Position numbers and translations under genes: made by a program
NCBI GenBank assembly: GCA_013239625.1
Contig: MU053513.1
Location: 3,212,927-3,276,926, forward strand
Direction: 5' to 3'
Origin: Lama guanicoe
Lineage: Eukaryota
DNA: 64,000 bases
Shown here: positions 49,231 to 63,489 of the stretch, one piece after another
Numbering within the stretch: the first letter of the stretch is position 1
Layout of the letters: each line of letters starts with the position of its first letter
Notes under the pieces: generated by a model
Told to the model about the DNA's origin: nothing
The model's database searches: none
The model's input: only the letters and a program-made list of their open reading frames with translations

Positions 49231-50899
49231 TGAGCAATACTGGCCTTTCCCTCTACTTCCCCCACCAAGGAGACAAGACAGGATTTAGAATTTGAAAAAA
49301 AAATGGGTGTGAGTTCCAGTTTCACTTGCAGTTACTTATTTGTGATTATGAGTAAGTTATTTGTTCTTTCTGTGACCCAATTCTTATGTGCAAAACAGGG
49401 AAGACAATAACACATATTTCACAGAATTGTAGTGATGGTTGATTAAAATGTGCATAAATAGGCACTATAAACTGTGATTTGTTAAATACATGCTAGTTAT
49501 TACATACATAGAAAATATATATTTTTATTGTTCAGAGCATTAATGTTTTAAACCACTGATTTCATTTAAAAAGAGAGCTTAATTTGGTGCTGTGGATGCA
49601 ACTTTATCCTATGAATGCAAATCGTTGTACTGTGAATAGATTGGGATATTAGGACCCTCATGAAATGCGGCAGGAAATTGGAAATGTTCTTTAAAAAAAA
49701 GGAAGAAAAAGCTAAGTAGAGGGAGAGGGAGGCTGTTGCAATTCTAAGCTTTCAGCATTCACTGAAAAAAAAATGAATATAGTATGCAAAGATTTTTTTA
49801 AAAATCCTCTTTCCAGTATAAAAGAAAAGTGATAACTATTTGCTGACACTAAAACACTAATTTATAGACAACCCATTTTCTGTGTGATCAAGTGGAAAAC
49901 CGGACATTGCAGATGATCTTGGGACACGTAGACGATGGAAATTCTACTCTTCAGCTCATTCAACCGTACAGAACTTTCGGCTTGCTCCTCCATAGACCCG
50001 GCACAGAAAGTTTCATGGGCAATAAATAGCTCAGCTTCACTAAATGACCAGGGGAGCTAATGAACAGTCATGCTGATCTCTTCATGCAGTGGAAAGAGTA
50101 CTTCTCACTGCTGGCTTTCAGACCATTGAATCTACTTCTTTTCCAATTTCTAGATTAGCAATCGTTTTTAAAGTTTGGAGAACTGGCTGGTTATCAGTAT
50201 ATGCCCTCCCAGTGACCTCCAATATGGAACATTCAAGTGGTTCAAATAAAACAAGGGTCTATTCAAACCAATTCCTGCCCCCAGGCCCCAATTATAAGTG
50301 AATGTCATGTAAGCAGGCAGAGTTTTCAGTTGCTGTTTTCACTAAATTTCATAGGTACAGTTTGAGAATCTAGAAAATATTTCCCTAGTTATTTCCTCTG
50401 AGTTCTGATACTGAGGTGGGCAGGCCCTCAGCCCCACTGTCTTTCAGTTTATCTCTGCAGATCCATGCTGCTTCTTCTCTGTCTGTTTCCGCCTGTTCTC
50501 TTCAAAGAGAAACTATCCATCTTTCCCAACAGCTTAGCCTTTCCTCTGAGCTCTTTGCTACTTATCTTGTCTTCTCTTGTCTTTCTATATCCTAAGCAGG
50601 AAAAAGATAGTTAATAAACTTATTGATTAATTGATCTTGAATCCATGCCAATACCTCCCTCTGTAGCATCTTCAATAAATACACTGACCTTTATTTGATA
50701 CCCTGAAACATGCCCAGAGCGCTCCTTACCTTAAAAAAAGCAAAAAGTGCCACTCAGCCAATTCATTTCAACAAATACTTGCTTAGTATTTAGATGTGTT
50801 CAGAGAACTATGATGGCAGCATAAGGAACTCAAGAGAAATAGGAGTTTTTCCTCCCAAAGAACCTTCCAGTCTAGCTCAAGAAATGACACATAATGAGA

Positions 50900-51100
50900 T
50901 GCTGGTTTGAAGAGCCTGGCTCCTCTGCAGACCTGTATGAGTTGTTCATCCCCTCCAAACCTCAGTTTGCTGTCTGTAAGACAGAAGTAGTGATGGTGCA
51001 AACCTCAGCGAATTGTTGTGGGACTGAATGCATTAATGATGTGAAGCACTTTGTACTGTGTGGTTCAAAGTCAGTGTCAGATAAGTGCTTGCAAAAATAA
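50900..51100 (+). mobile_element. MIR SINE
   Basis: aaacctcagtttgctgtctgtaagacag...gaattgttgtgggactgaatg. Confidence 0.65.
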
Positions 51101-51589
51101 TAGACTGAATACATATAATATGGAAGAAAATCTCTTATCCCTACAACTTCTGAATGACTTGCCAAGTTAAATAGATGTTCTACAATCCTTTTATAAAATG
51201 TACTAAATACCACGAGGCGCCATTGAAGGTTTCTTAAGCAGAACTTTGACATGATACAATTTATATTAAAAATAAAAGTAAATACAAATAGAATTTTAAA
51301 ATTAAATGAATAAATAAAAATAAAAGTTAAACTGAGTAGTAAGAACTGTTTTTCAAAAAAATAAATAAAATCTATCTATTCATCATCTATGTTTGTATAA
51401 GTTTGTGTTACTAGGAGATGGGTGAGGAAGAAGACAAACCAGGCTGTTAATAGATTACTCAGGGGGTGTAAGAGAGGAAATGAGTAGATTTGTCTTTATT
51501 CACATCCGCACAATAGAGTTTCACTTTATAAAATAAAATTAGTTTTAATTTGAAAAATATCAATAGGAAAAAATGATTTTAAAAAGATA

Positions 51590-52520
51590 ACTCAGTCTAC
51601 AATGTGGAGAAGAGATCATCAGGTGGTGAGGGTAGAAACTGGAAGGCCAGGTAGGAGATTTTGATGACAAAGCACGAGTTGATGGACAAGGGTTGGAAGC
51701 AGTGGTGATGGAGAGAAGTGGACAGATTTGGGGTATATTTTGGAAGTAGAGCTAATGTATTGAATGGCAGTGGGTAGGGGAATAGTGAAGGCAAGAGTAG
51801 AATCACTATTTACAATAGCCAAGACATGGAAACAACCTAAATGTCCATCCATGGATGACTGGATAAAGAAGTTGTGGTATCTATATACAATGGAATAGTA
51901 CTCAGCCATAAAAATGACAACATAATGGCATTTGGAGCAGCATGGGTGGACCTGGAGTTCACCATTTTAAGTGAAGTAAGCCAGAAAGAGAAAGAAAAAT
52001 ATCACATGCTATTACTTATATGTGGAATCTTAAAAAAAGACACAAATGAACTTATTTATAAAACAGAAACAGACCCACAGACATAGAAAACAAACTCATG
52101 GTTACCAGAGAGGAAAGAGGGTGAAAGGGATACATCGGGAGTTCGAGATTTGCAGATACTAACTACTGTGTATAAAATAAATAAACAACAAATTCATACT
52201 GTATACCACAGGGAACTATATTCAATGTTTTGTAGTACCTATAATGAAAAAGAATATATGTACAAATATGTATGGCTGAAATATTATGCTGTCCACCAGA
52301 AATTGACACAACATTGTAAACTGACTATAGTTCAATTAAAAAAAAAGAGTAGAATCAAAAATGACTGTAAGGTTTTGGTTTGAGTACTTGGGCAGGGATG
52401 GTATCATTTTGTGAAAGGTAAGACTGGGGAAGGAACAAGTTTGGGGAGGGGTGCCAATAGGTAAAAGTTCTGTTTGGTAAATGTTAGTTTTGAAATGCCT
52501 TTTGACATCCATGTGGAGAT
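51590..52520 (-). mobile_element. LINE-2, interrupted by a young L1
   Basis: gcagtggtgatggagagaagtggacagatttggggtatattttgga...agagtagaatcaaaaatgact...ttttgaaatgcc. Confidence 0.75.
51806..52344 (+). mobile_element. young lineage-specific 5'-truncated L1
   Basis: L1 3' end with A-tail; perfect 13-bp TSD aagagtagaatca (51793-51805 / 52345-52357). Confidence 0.93.
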
Positions 52521-52689
52521 GGATTTCCCTCTGGACTGTGTTATTTAGGATGTGAATGCGGAAGCAAATCGCTCTGTATGAACATCAGCATTACATAGGA
52601 ATGGCGTGGAAGAGAAGACTTTCTCCCTGCCTACTTTGAGATACTGCTTTCCTACAGACCAAGAGTTGTTCTTGACCAAAGAAATATAG

Positions 52690-53150
52690 CACAGAGGTAG
52701 CTAGGTTTTTACCTCAAGATCTGTTCTCTCCTTCTTCCTATGTTATAGAACCTTTGATTTTTAATTGGGCACATGGCCAAACTGCGGCTAAATTTACACC
52801 TGGGAGGTACAAAAACTGTGCTGTCTGGTAGTTTCAGAAAACCCACATTAAAGTACAGTTGGCATGTGCCTTTTGCACCTTCTTCATTTATCTCTTTATC
52901 CTGCTGCTAGAGGCAGATGTGAGTGCTGGAGCTCCAGCAGCTACCTTAGCCTACACCATAGGGGTGACAGAGAAGAGAGATGGAAATAGCTCGGGTCCCT
53001 GATGACGCAAAGGAATCATCATTCATCTTTGGACAATCTTCTTGTTGACTTCTTTTATACAAGGAAAAATTAAAATTCTGTCATGTTTAAGTCACTGTTA
53101 TTTTGACTCTTCTGTCATATACTGTCATCAAATCTAGTTCTGTCTGATAA
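52690..53150 (+). mobile_element. old MaLR LTR (MLT1J-like)
   Basis: gctggagctccagcagctacctt...gggtccctgatgac...atgtttaagtcactgttattttg. Confidence 0.6.
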
Positions 53151-53279
53151 AGAACAGAAAGAAGATACTCTTAGTTACAGGATTTGACACTCTCAGAGTT
53201 CCTTATCCTTCTCTTCCTGATCCTCACATCAGCAACCTCTAAATTCATAACTGGAATTTGCTATGATTTTCTTCTTTTA

Positions 53280-54250
53280 CTGTTTTCTCTCAGCTTTGGG
53301 TATTAAAGTTATGCCAGACACATGAAAGGAATTGGGTTTATAAAATAAATTTGGGCCCTTTCTATCTTCCTCTATAACTGGAATAGTTTAAAAACACTGG
53401 AATTATCTGTTCTTTAAAAGTTAGACAAAAATCCTGCTGAGAAACTTACTGATTCTGCTGTCCTTTTTTAACAGTTGATCTTTAGTTATATTTCCAATGT
53501 ATGCTGTAGGCATTTGTCTATTCAAGTTTCTACTTCTTATGCCAACTTTGATCATTTGTATTTAACTAGGAAAACATCTCTTTCCTAGATTTTCAAATGT
53601 ATCACAAAAAAGTGCACATAGTGGTCTCTCTACTGTATCTAGTCGCTTTTTTTTTGTCTCCAGTTGTTTCCAGTTAAGTCTCCTTCCTTATTTCTGAATA
53701 CTTTTCTCTCTTCTTCACCTTCCCTTATATTAAGCCTCTGTTCCAGTTCCTTTGCTTGCTTGTGTCCATTGTCATATATTTTCTTTACATGGGGCATAGC
53801 CTCAAATATCTCTACTTTAGCCTGACCCTTGAATTGTATCTTGACTATGCTTAGATCCTTACATTTTTATTCCTTTTCTCTAAGTCATTTACCACTTCAA
53901 ATAATGCAGAAGTTCAAAGCCAGTCAGACTGATTTGCCTTTGTAATCACCTTTGTCTTTCTGCCTGAAATTGTGAGGTTTCTCTTTATCGTGCAATTCAG
54001 GAATTATACCAGGATGTGCTTAGATAAGTTTTTTCGCTTCAGTCTTTCCTGGAACACTTTCAAATTAAAGTCAGGTCTTTCTTCAGCTCTCTCGTCCCTC
54101 TGTTTCTTTTCTTTTAGTTGGAATTTCTGTAATTCCCACGTTAGATTTTTCACAGATCTTTCCTCCAAGTCTATTCTCTTTTCCATCATGAATGCCATCT
54201 TTTTGAAAGTTTCCTCTGTGTCTTGATATATTTTATCCTTCAGACCAGTA
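53280..54250 (-). mobile_element. old L1/HAL1 ORF1-region remnant
   Basis: C-terminal part of ORF 54004-54516 (RIDLEERS...KHILV) resembles L1 ORF1p motifs DLEDRSRRNN...RHILV. Confidence 0.6.
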
Positions 54251-55805
54251 CACAGCTCTTGACTAGGACAATGCCTAATCCTAACGCTATACCTTGAATG
54301 GAGGAGAATTTTGATTACGCTAGGCTCATTTGAAGTAAGGGGCATGGATTTCCTGAGAGGGGAGTAGAGGCATTCTGAATGGAGACAATAGCATTGATAC
54401 ACGACAACAGACAGGACGAAGAATGCACTAATATGAATCAGGTAAGGGTGATTAGCACTGTGATTAGTGTGGCCAGAATTAGAGCCTGTATTAGCTAGAA
54501 AATGAGGGAGAAGCAAGGCTGCCTTTAATGTCTAAGAATGCAGAGAGAGCCTGTTTTTCACATGTTGTGATTTCACCAACTCCAGAAAAGTCCTTCTAAT
54601 TATAGTAAATGCTTCCTCAATCCCACTGATGCCCAAAATTAAACCTTTTCAGATTATAAAGCTTGTTTATAAAGAGGATAGGTAAAAACAGCACAACAAC
54701 TCTTATGTCACTGTATCTTAATGGCTATGCATTTGTCACATCCTCTGCTGAGAACACAAAATGTGGCGATGGAAGAAAATGAGGATTTTTGGATGGAAGA
54801 TAGGAAACACAACAGCAGAGGAAGAAGAAGAATTCACAATTTTGCCTTGAGTCTTGGTCTAGAAGTGAGGCTGGGGTCTGTGGGACAAAGTCTTTAAAAC
54901 TCATTTATTCCCCAGAAGGCTACATTTTATTTATACATTGGAAAATCTAGTTTGTTAATTCATTAGAACTCCCTTTACCAACATTCCCCCACACCCTAGA
55001 AAAGGAGACAAATATACCAGTGCCTGAGTCATTAAAGTGAATAATAATTTTATTTCTATCAAATAGACTAGAGTAGGGAAGCATACTTGAGTGATTTATA
55101 CTTTTTCCCAACTGCTTTTGATCTTGCATGAGATTTGCTGGGAGGCCTTTTTAAAAAGTCACTTCAAGGACAACAAGTTCCAATCTGATTATTATTTCTT
55201 TTGACAATACTTATTAAAACCTGGAAAGACAGAGACACTGTCAATTTCTCATTTTGGTTGACCTTGTCATTTTCTAATGACATCAGCAGGAATAAGGTAT
55301 ATCTCTGCCAAAGGTAATATTATTTTTATTAAGAGGGTATGTTGGAGGAATTAACTATCTAGCAACTTGCAATTTTTTATCTTTATATCATAAAACCAAA
55401 GAAAAGAATAGAGAATAATATTGGTCAAATATGTCTTCATTTAAAGTCCACCTGGCATTCTCACTATCAAGTATTCCACAAGCATAAAAGCTCATGTTAA
55501 GAAACTAATAAAAACCCTTTTAATAATAATGCTAGTACTACTACTAATGCTAATAATGTTAGCTTCATACAGTCTGTGTGCCAGTGACAGGTGCTTTTAC
55601 ACTCATTTTTTAAAATGTAATTCACACAAAAACCCTAGGTCTACCTAAATTTCAAAACATGTCAAACACTGTACTTGGGTCAGTCAGACCTGGGCTGGAG
55701 CAGGGTCTCTGACATTTACCAGTTGTGTGAGACAAAGAAGTTACATCACCTCTCTCTTTTGCCTCATCTAAAAAAGCTGGATACTCATAGAACCTACTAT
55801 GTAGG

Positions 55806-56231
55806 TATGATGGTTAGCTTTATGTGTCAACTTGATTGAGCCACAAGGTGCTCAGATATTTGGTCAAACTTGATTCTGGGTGTTTCTGCGAGGGTGTTTT
55901 TGGATTAACATTTGAATGTGTAGACTGAGTAGAGCAGAGTGCCCTCCCTAAGGTGGGTGGGCTTCATCCAGTTGAAGGCCTGAATAGAATAAAAAGGCTG
56001 ACCAAAGTAAGAGAGAATTCCTCCTGCCTGACTGCCTTTGAACTGGGACATTGGCTTTTTTCCTACCTTCACACCCAAACTGAAATATCAGCTCTCCCGG
56101 GTCTCCAGCCAGCCAGCACACTCTAGGACTCGCCAGCCTTAGTAACCATGTGAGCCAATTCCTTATAATAAATCTCTTTATATATGTTTACCTCATTGGT
56201 TCCATTTCTCTGGAGAAGTCTGATTAACATA
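55806..56231 (+). mobile_element. ERVL solo LTR (MLT2-like) nested in a MIR
   Basis: atggttagctttatgtgtcaacttga...tggttccatttctctggagaa; near-TSD gtagg/atagg; MIR continues on both sides (~55670-56300). Confidence 0.88.
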
Positions 56232-56939
56232 ATAGGGTAGTAAGACCTAAATAGAACAATGAAGTATACTGAGAACACTGCCCAGCACATACTAGCACAA
56301 ACCACTATGCAACTGCCTCTCTCATAACAGTCATAACACAACTCTTTTTAGCCTCTTGATGAAGTGAACATATCCCAGGGCTGTTCTCTTGGACTTAAAA
56401 CACAGAATGAATACAATAGTATTGACCATCCTTGCTTATCATTCACTTCATAGGCCTTTGTTGGATGAACTATTTGTTTTAAAGAAATTACAGATGGGCT
56501 GATTTTAAGATCTATCTTGGGTTAGTTATTAAATCAATGCTATCAAAGTCAGGAAGTACAGTGTCAGGAATTTAGAGGCCAACTCTTTTTTTTTTTTTAC
56601 TTTTCTCACATATAGGTATTTTAGACCCTTCATCTTTTAAAGCTGTACTTTCCTGAAAGAAAGAGAATCTTTGAGGAAAATAGCAGTTCAATAAATAAGC
56701 TATTCAATCAATACAGTAATATGAATCTATGTTATACAAGTGACAGGATAATTACTGCCTATAAAATATTCTCGTGAAAGATATGCCATCAGGGCATACA
56801 GAAAGGACATGGTGTAAGTTGTTTTAAATGACCTGCTCCCAAAATGAATCTTCCAAGTAAAAATAGAAGAGTACACACAGGGGTCCTCATAATGAACAAA
56901 TGTATATGATAAATATCCTTCAAAACCTCAATTCGATTC

Positions 56940-57340
56940 ACTATATATTCCACATTTATTTTGAGCCAAGCATTGTGCTTGGTCCTAGGCATATAAAGGT
57001 GAGTGGGGCCTGCTTTCTGCTCTCAAGGAGATCTGGCTTTCATTCAGTGTAGAGGATACAAGGAAAAAGTGGTCAGCTCTACCTGGAAGATCAGGATAGA
57101 GTGGACAACAACATGGTCATGGTGATGGAGAGAAAAGAGAAAGGGAAAGAAGGTGGGGGAGGGCTTAGGGAGAGGGAAAGCATATTGAAAAAAAGACACC
57201 AAAGCATGGAAACAGCATGATGGGTGAGGAGCGGACAGAGGCTTCTCACGACTCAAAGAGGGGATAGGTGGAGGGAGGAGCACAGAAGTAGATGGTGCTC
57301 AGGTTATGGAGGGTCTTCAATGTCATGTACAAGAAATTAG
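56940..57340 (-). mobile_element. LINE-2 fragment
   Basis: catttattttgagccaagcattgtgcttgg...ctgctctcaaggag...ggagggtcttcaatgtcatg. Confidence 0.6.
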
Positions 57341-57595
57341 ATGGGTCACATAAATCATCTGTATTCATCCAACATGACAGTGTAAAGTACGTTAATAACA
57401 ATCATTGCTAAGAACAAAAGACACCTCTTTTGCCTTCAAGTTCACTAGTCTATTAGTGCAGGATTCCTTACCATATGATTTGCTATACTGTGATCTTCTA
57501 GCAGGATCTATTTTATAGCATTCCTTTCTTTATCATCTGAATAAAGAGAGCTAGAAATGGGGAGAGGGAAGAAGAGAATTGGGAAGAAACCACAG

Positions 57596-57724
57596 GGTTT
57601 TGGGGGAGGTTTGGGGGTGAGATTAGGCTTACTTGTTTATTCAGTGTAGCTACTGGGGATTGAACCCAGGACCTCATGCTTGGTAGGCATGCACTCTACC
57701 ACTGGACTACACCTTCCCCCACCC
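57596..57724 (-). mobile_element. tRNA-derived SINE (camelid-type)
   Basis: ctggggattgaacccaggacctcatgc...ctctaccactggactacacc; degenerate TSD agaaaccacag / agaaatcatag. Confidence 0.85.
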
Positions 57725-59899
57725 AGAAATCATAGTTTGATATTTGGTCTTTCTCCATTTTACCATTTTCCTAACGATAGAGGGAATTGTGGGAAAGGTG
57801 AAGATGTTCCACCCGCCTCCCTCTCTCACCCTGGAAAAAGCTGGAACTCCCAGGAGGACCATCAGTGAGGGTTTGAAGATTACTATTTCTTGCCTGGATT
57901 TGCTGAGAGCAGACTCACTATAGAGCTAATAGAAGGCCTGTGGGGTATTCTCTGGCTACAAGAAGGAGAAACATGAGGTTTCCATGCTACTGGTTGCCGA
58001 TGATTTGGAGATGAGTTAAGAGAGATATCAAACTGCCTGGGACAGCCACCCACCTAGCCAGAAACTACACACCTGAAAAGGTATGTGGTGCACTCTCCGG
58101 AAGGGAGGTTGAAGTGAGAGGAGAGCTTCCTCCTCTGGGGGTCTCCCTGGCCTGGCAATGGATCAGGGGAGCACAGATGGATCAGATGGGAGCCTGCTTC
58201 ATACTGCATCCAGGTGGAGACATGATCTGCAGACATGAGCAACTCTATATGTCACCAGTGTCTGACAGAGAACCAAATATCCAACAGAAAGTAATTCACC
58301 TGCTTATTTTTAAGGTGTGGACAGTAACCCAAGTGGACTGCTCTCTCTCCTTACCCCACCCCTACTTATGTCATGAAGGGCAAAAGCACAAGAGACAGGG
58401 AGAAAAAAGATGGAGGGAGAGGAGGCCATATCTTTTGCATCCTTCATTGACCATATTCAGAGGGTAAGGATAGAAGATTTACCTGAGATGAAACAAAGAC
58501 TTCAGTAGCAAGATTAGACTCCCAGTCACTGGATTGGGACTGAGGTATAATTAACTGGCAACTCTGTTTTCTTTTTCTTTTCTTCTCCCACCTAGTGATG
58601 GGAGTTCTGAATTGCAGTCAACAGTCATGATTAGTATGAAAATAGGTACTTGGAAAAGGGGTGTTGCAAATGACAGAGCTTAACGTGTGGGATTGGCTCA
58701 GTCAAGGAGAGGTATGGTCAGTGGGCTTCCTCTTGACCCCACCTGGAAGTTGGCATTCCCTGTAATGCAGCAGGAAAGTTGCTGATTAAGCCTGCTGGTT
58801 AAACTGTCACCTATTGTATCTTAGGGCCTCAAACATGACACTTGAGGCTTGTCTTGACCACTGCCACTGGCTAGTGAGGATTTGGGGCTGGGGCTTCTTC
58901 TGTGAGTCAGGGAAAATGTACCCCTCAAAACTGACCCTATGCAACAGGATAGTTAGTAATTGATTGTGAGAAGGGATTTTTAAAATTTAACGATGGCAAT
59001 AAATTGGGAGCATTTTAATATTGTGTAACTCTCTTTGGGGCTATGCTTTTACATGGCGCCCATTTTAACAGCCCTGTTTCATAAGGCTATGCAGCTGGGC
59101 ATCTTTGAGATGGCAGGAATCAATAAAAAATAAGATTGAGAAAACGTAAAAAGACTTGCAGAAAGCATTGAAACCAATTAAATACGTGTTGCCTAAACAG
59201 TTGTTGAAAATATGATGGTAAAGCATTAAAAAATGGCAAGCAATGAAGTAATGATTTAGAGAACACAACTAAAAATAAAGTTGTTACACTGACAATACAG
59301 AATAGAAATAACAATAATGTGAATCTAAAACAGGGCATTATATCACCAATGTAAGGAAGTGGATCAATAGAATACTGCTTATATATTAGCCAATAAGAAG
59401 ACCTAAAGACATTTCAAGCAAAGATTGAGTGAGCCATATTCTCAAGCAAGCATACAATAAGTCCAGAAATAAATGACTTCTACACAGCAGGTATGCCATA
59501 AATATTGGTTGTATGATTGACAGACAGACTGAACTTGATGAACAGTAAAAATGTTAAAAAGTGAAAGGAACATAAGAATGGAGAGGTTTGCTCAACTGGG
59601 TAAAGCTATCCCTGAAGCTAGGGTCAGTATAAAAAAAATTAGGAAGGTATTATTGAACATTTTCAAAAGAACAAGAAGTCAAAATGTAGAAGGAATGAAG
59701 ATAATGGAGAAAATAACTGAAATATACGGCTAGAAAGAAATCCAAAGACAAACTGCTTTTCTTTTCATTTCCAATATTACTGATTTTTAAAAACCCAATC
59801 ACATTTTTCTTTCCTAGTTAAAAAAAAAACAGAAAAACATTACAGAATTTTGAGACAGAAGATAGAGCTTTTTCCCTGAAAGAGGCTATTTATCTCCTT

Positions 59900-60160
59900 A
59901 AGAAGTTGAAAAACACAAATAATAATCCATTACGCTTGGACGGTGCTTTGTAAGTCACAAGGAATTTCTCATATTACCTACTTTATCTTTTGCAACAACC
60001 CTATGAAGTAGGCATAGTAGGATTTTTGTTTGTTTGTTTGTTTGTTTGCAGATAAGGGAATTAAAGTTCAGAGGGGTTAAAAGAGTTGTTCAAAGTTACA
60101 CATAAGGTGAGTAGGAGAGCCAGTACTTAAACCCAGGCCCTCTGACTCCAAATCCAGCTC
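59900..60160 (-). mobile_element. MIR SINE
   Basis: caacaaccctatgaagtagg...gcagataagggaattaaagttcagagggg...aaacccaggccctctgactccaaatcc. Confidence 0.75.
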
Positions 60161-61149
60161 TATCTCACTACGTCGCAATGAAAAACTGAGTTAAATACAC
60201 AGGAAAGTCCATTCAGTTTATCAGTGAAAGAATGATTAGCAAGCACAGCAGCATTTGCAAGCAAGCCATAAAAGCTCCATCTGGAACAAACTGCCCAATT
60301 CCACAAATAAAGGCCACATAAAAATCCTATCTTACCTGAAATTGGAAGGGAAAACTCAACAACACTGTTGGGTGACACTTTCACAGGGTAGCTTCCTCAG
60401 CTTCATAAAGAACAGTATTTTCATTCATCATCATTATTATGCTGACCCATATTCTCATCTAATAGATGATGGCTGTGGGCATAAAAAGAAAAATGTTATT
60501 CTTTAAATAAGTTTATCACATGACAAACTTTCTTCAACTCTTTCAATGACTGTAACTTTGAATCAACATAATATCTGTATTCAAAAGCTACTGTAAACTG
60601 ACTAAACGTCAATACAAAAATTAATTTAAAAAAGTAAAATGATTTTAAAAAGTATTACTTGCAGCTGGAAAAAACTGTGAAAATCATAAAACAATATATA
60701 TAAATTGAATATGTAATCTCTAAGAAAACACTGAGTAAGAGAATGATTATAGTGACATGGGATAAATCATAAAGGGTGATAAAAATAAGCTGGAGGTGGT
60801 AGGGGTGGAAATCACAAGAAGGATTCCCAGGTTAAGGCAATAGGATATTGAAGGAAAGGGTGGGAATGACAAGACCATAGGTAGAAGATAAAAATAAAAT
60901 TAATTTAGTTGGGGCAGAAAGGGGCTTGCTGGGAGATGGCAAAATAAAAGATGCTTTGGGACTACCAGGGTAAGGATTTTAGGTGCTATTATGCAACTGG
61001 GAGCATTTGATCCATGGAGACAATGAAAATGATTAGAAGACTTATTTGGCAACTATGGATAGGATAAATATATATATAGGAAATCCAAGAAAATAGTAAT
61101 AAAAATATAGTCCTGGTAAAGACACTGAAAGTCAAAGAAATATAAAATT

Positions 61150-61600
61150 TAAGAGCTGGAGGGAAAAAAACGGACTGATGTGGTGGTAGTTATCACCTTA
61201 ATCAAGAATAAAACTTTGCCTCACTAACAGTGGGACAATCTGACATAATGCACCTTCTGTTATGATACAAAACATACACCAGTGTCAACTAAAAAGAAAT
61301 CTTGTCAAAAATGCTTATATTGAACCTAATGAAGTTAGATTATAGAAACTATTTATTAACAGATAAAGAAGTTAAATCTCAGTATGAGCAAGCAATTAGA
61401 CAAATCCGAATGTGGAATATACTACAATTATCATGCAAATAGCATGAAAGAAGGAGATTGGGAACTGTTTCGAAGTCCAAAGAGACAAAAAAAATTAAAT
61501 GCGATGTATGAATCTTCGCTGGATTGGTATTTTTTTAAAAAGCTCTAAAAACATATCTTAGGACTTGGAGAAATTTGTTTGTGGACTAGACATCAGATGA
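61150..61600 (+). mobile_element. old L1 3' region (L1MC/ME-like)
   Basis: caccttaatcaag...gggacaatctgacataatg...agacaaatccgaatgtgg...ggagaaatttg. Confidence 0.6.
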
Positions 61601-63489
61601 TTCGGAGATGAGCTGGAGAAGAACTTAGAAATTATGTCATATGACATATTCAGTTGACAGAAGAGGAAACTAAGGCCCGGGTTGTTTACAAGCAATTTGC
61701 CCAAAATTATCTATTTAATTAACGATAGATCAAGTTTAGACCCAGGTTTTTTCATTCTCAATACAATGCTCTTTCCTCTAATAGAGACAGATGGTATTTA
61801 TATAAATCATGCCTATTATAGAGAAAACAAAAATAACTAACCATATAGGAAGTAAGGTAAAAAAATGCTACTTCTTTAATATCTTTTAATGATGGAGTTT
61901 ATAATTTGCTGAATGAATATTTGAGAACTGATTTGTTCTCCCCTCAATGAGTAATGTCTCCAGTCCCAGTCTTTTTGCATCCATGTATTGCTCATTGTCT
62001 TTTCAATCCTTCAGAATTAAAAGACTTCTTTTGCCCTGCCAGTCCAATAATTAAAACCACAACTGAAAAACCACAGCAGAAAGCACAAAGGAATCTATCT
62101 TGTCCTTCTTAATTATACAAGTGTATGCTGCCTCCCAGAGAAATACAAATACAATGAAATGATGGAACAAGAACAAAGACGTACAATAATCCACAACCTA
62201 AAGTTTCTAGGGTTTGGGTCCATTATTGTCTTTCTATCTCCTTCCACAGCTGACATTCAATTCCTTTCAATACTGAGAGAATGGTCACTTGTCCATGGAT
62301 GTATGTCCACAACACAATAGACTTACCCAAACATAGGTTAAAAAAAAAAAACAGAGCGTACCACGATTGACAAAATTCTGATTCATTTTTCATTTTATCA
62401 GGGAGCTGACTAAAGCTGTAGATATGCTTGTTCACTAGGTACTGACTTGTATTTTTGTTTACTTGGTTGCTTGTTTTGAAAGAGAAAGCAAGCTCCATTT
62501 GTTTACAAGACAATTGTTACAGAAATACATAATACAATCAATTTTCATTTATGCACTGAAATGACAAGAATTGACAAAACACAGTGATATTCCACACAAC
62601 AAAAGCTTTTCATTTCAATATACTTTTTGACCAAATATTTTATTTTAAAAACAAAATTAGCTTTAAGAAAGTATCTAAACATACTGATTTTAGTTTATGT
62701 TCTCTGCTAGTCAATGGATATTGACATTTCTAAAAGGTGACCTGAAGAAACAGAAAAGAGAAAACAAGAAGCCTAAATAATATACAGGGTTTATAACCAA
62801 CTCTAAGAGGATTAGTCATAGATCTGCAAATATTTAAATTCCCCATTTCCCTCAGAAATCTGTCCTCTGATCTAGCCTTTCATATTGTGATTGAGTCCCA
62901 GGTATTAAGACCAACTCATACGCTGTATCAGATCATAGTTGTTCTCAGATTTGTTATTGAGATGAAAAATATCAGTTATCAAGTCCACAAAGAAACACTA
63001 GATTATCACTAAATATAAGAAAGTCTCTTTATTTTGGAGAAAGTTTAGTTATAAAGGTTTAAACTAGCTAGAGGTAACTGATTTGCCCCAAACCAACTTT
63101 TTATGAGTAATAATGACAAGACAGTGATGCTTTATGATCTGCTGAAACCCAAGGAGAACTTCCATAAAGCAAAATGTGTATGGGGTCCTGAGGCAGAACA
63201 ACTGAATAAGCAAGAACACTATAAAATAATCAGACCCAATTCCACTCTTGTGTCCCTGCACAGAACATCCTCTTTGATGGTGAGAGGATATAGCATCTTC
63301 AAGATGTAAAGGAAGAACTATCTCTGTGCATTTCCACACTTCCCCTCCCCAGAGAGAAGATCCAAGAAAGAGACATCCCTTCTGTTTTACTCATTGTATT
63401 CCTAAAGCCTAGTCCATGGACAAATAGTTGGCACTGAATACACAGTGACTGAACAATAAAAAGGGCTGAAGTGAAGGGCACACTTAAGA

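Noticed and set aside
54004..54516. Longest ORF in the track (170 aa)
   Set aside because: The C-terminal part is a decayed L1/HAL1 ORF1 remnant; the rest looks like chance read-through from a non-ATG start.
57780..58600. Possible ancient LTR-like block and a 117-aa ORF (58114-58467)
   Set aside because: No termini, TSD or family could be established by eye; the ORF has a non-ATG start and no homology.
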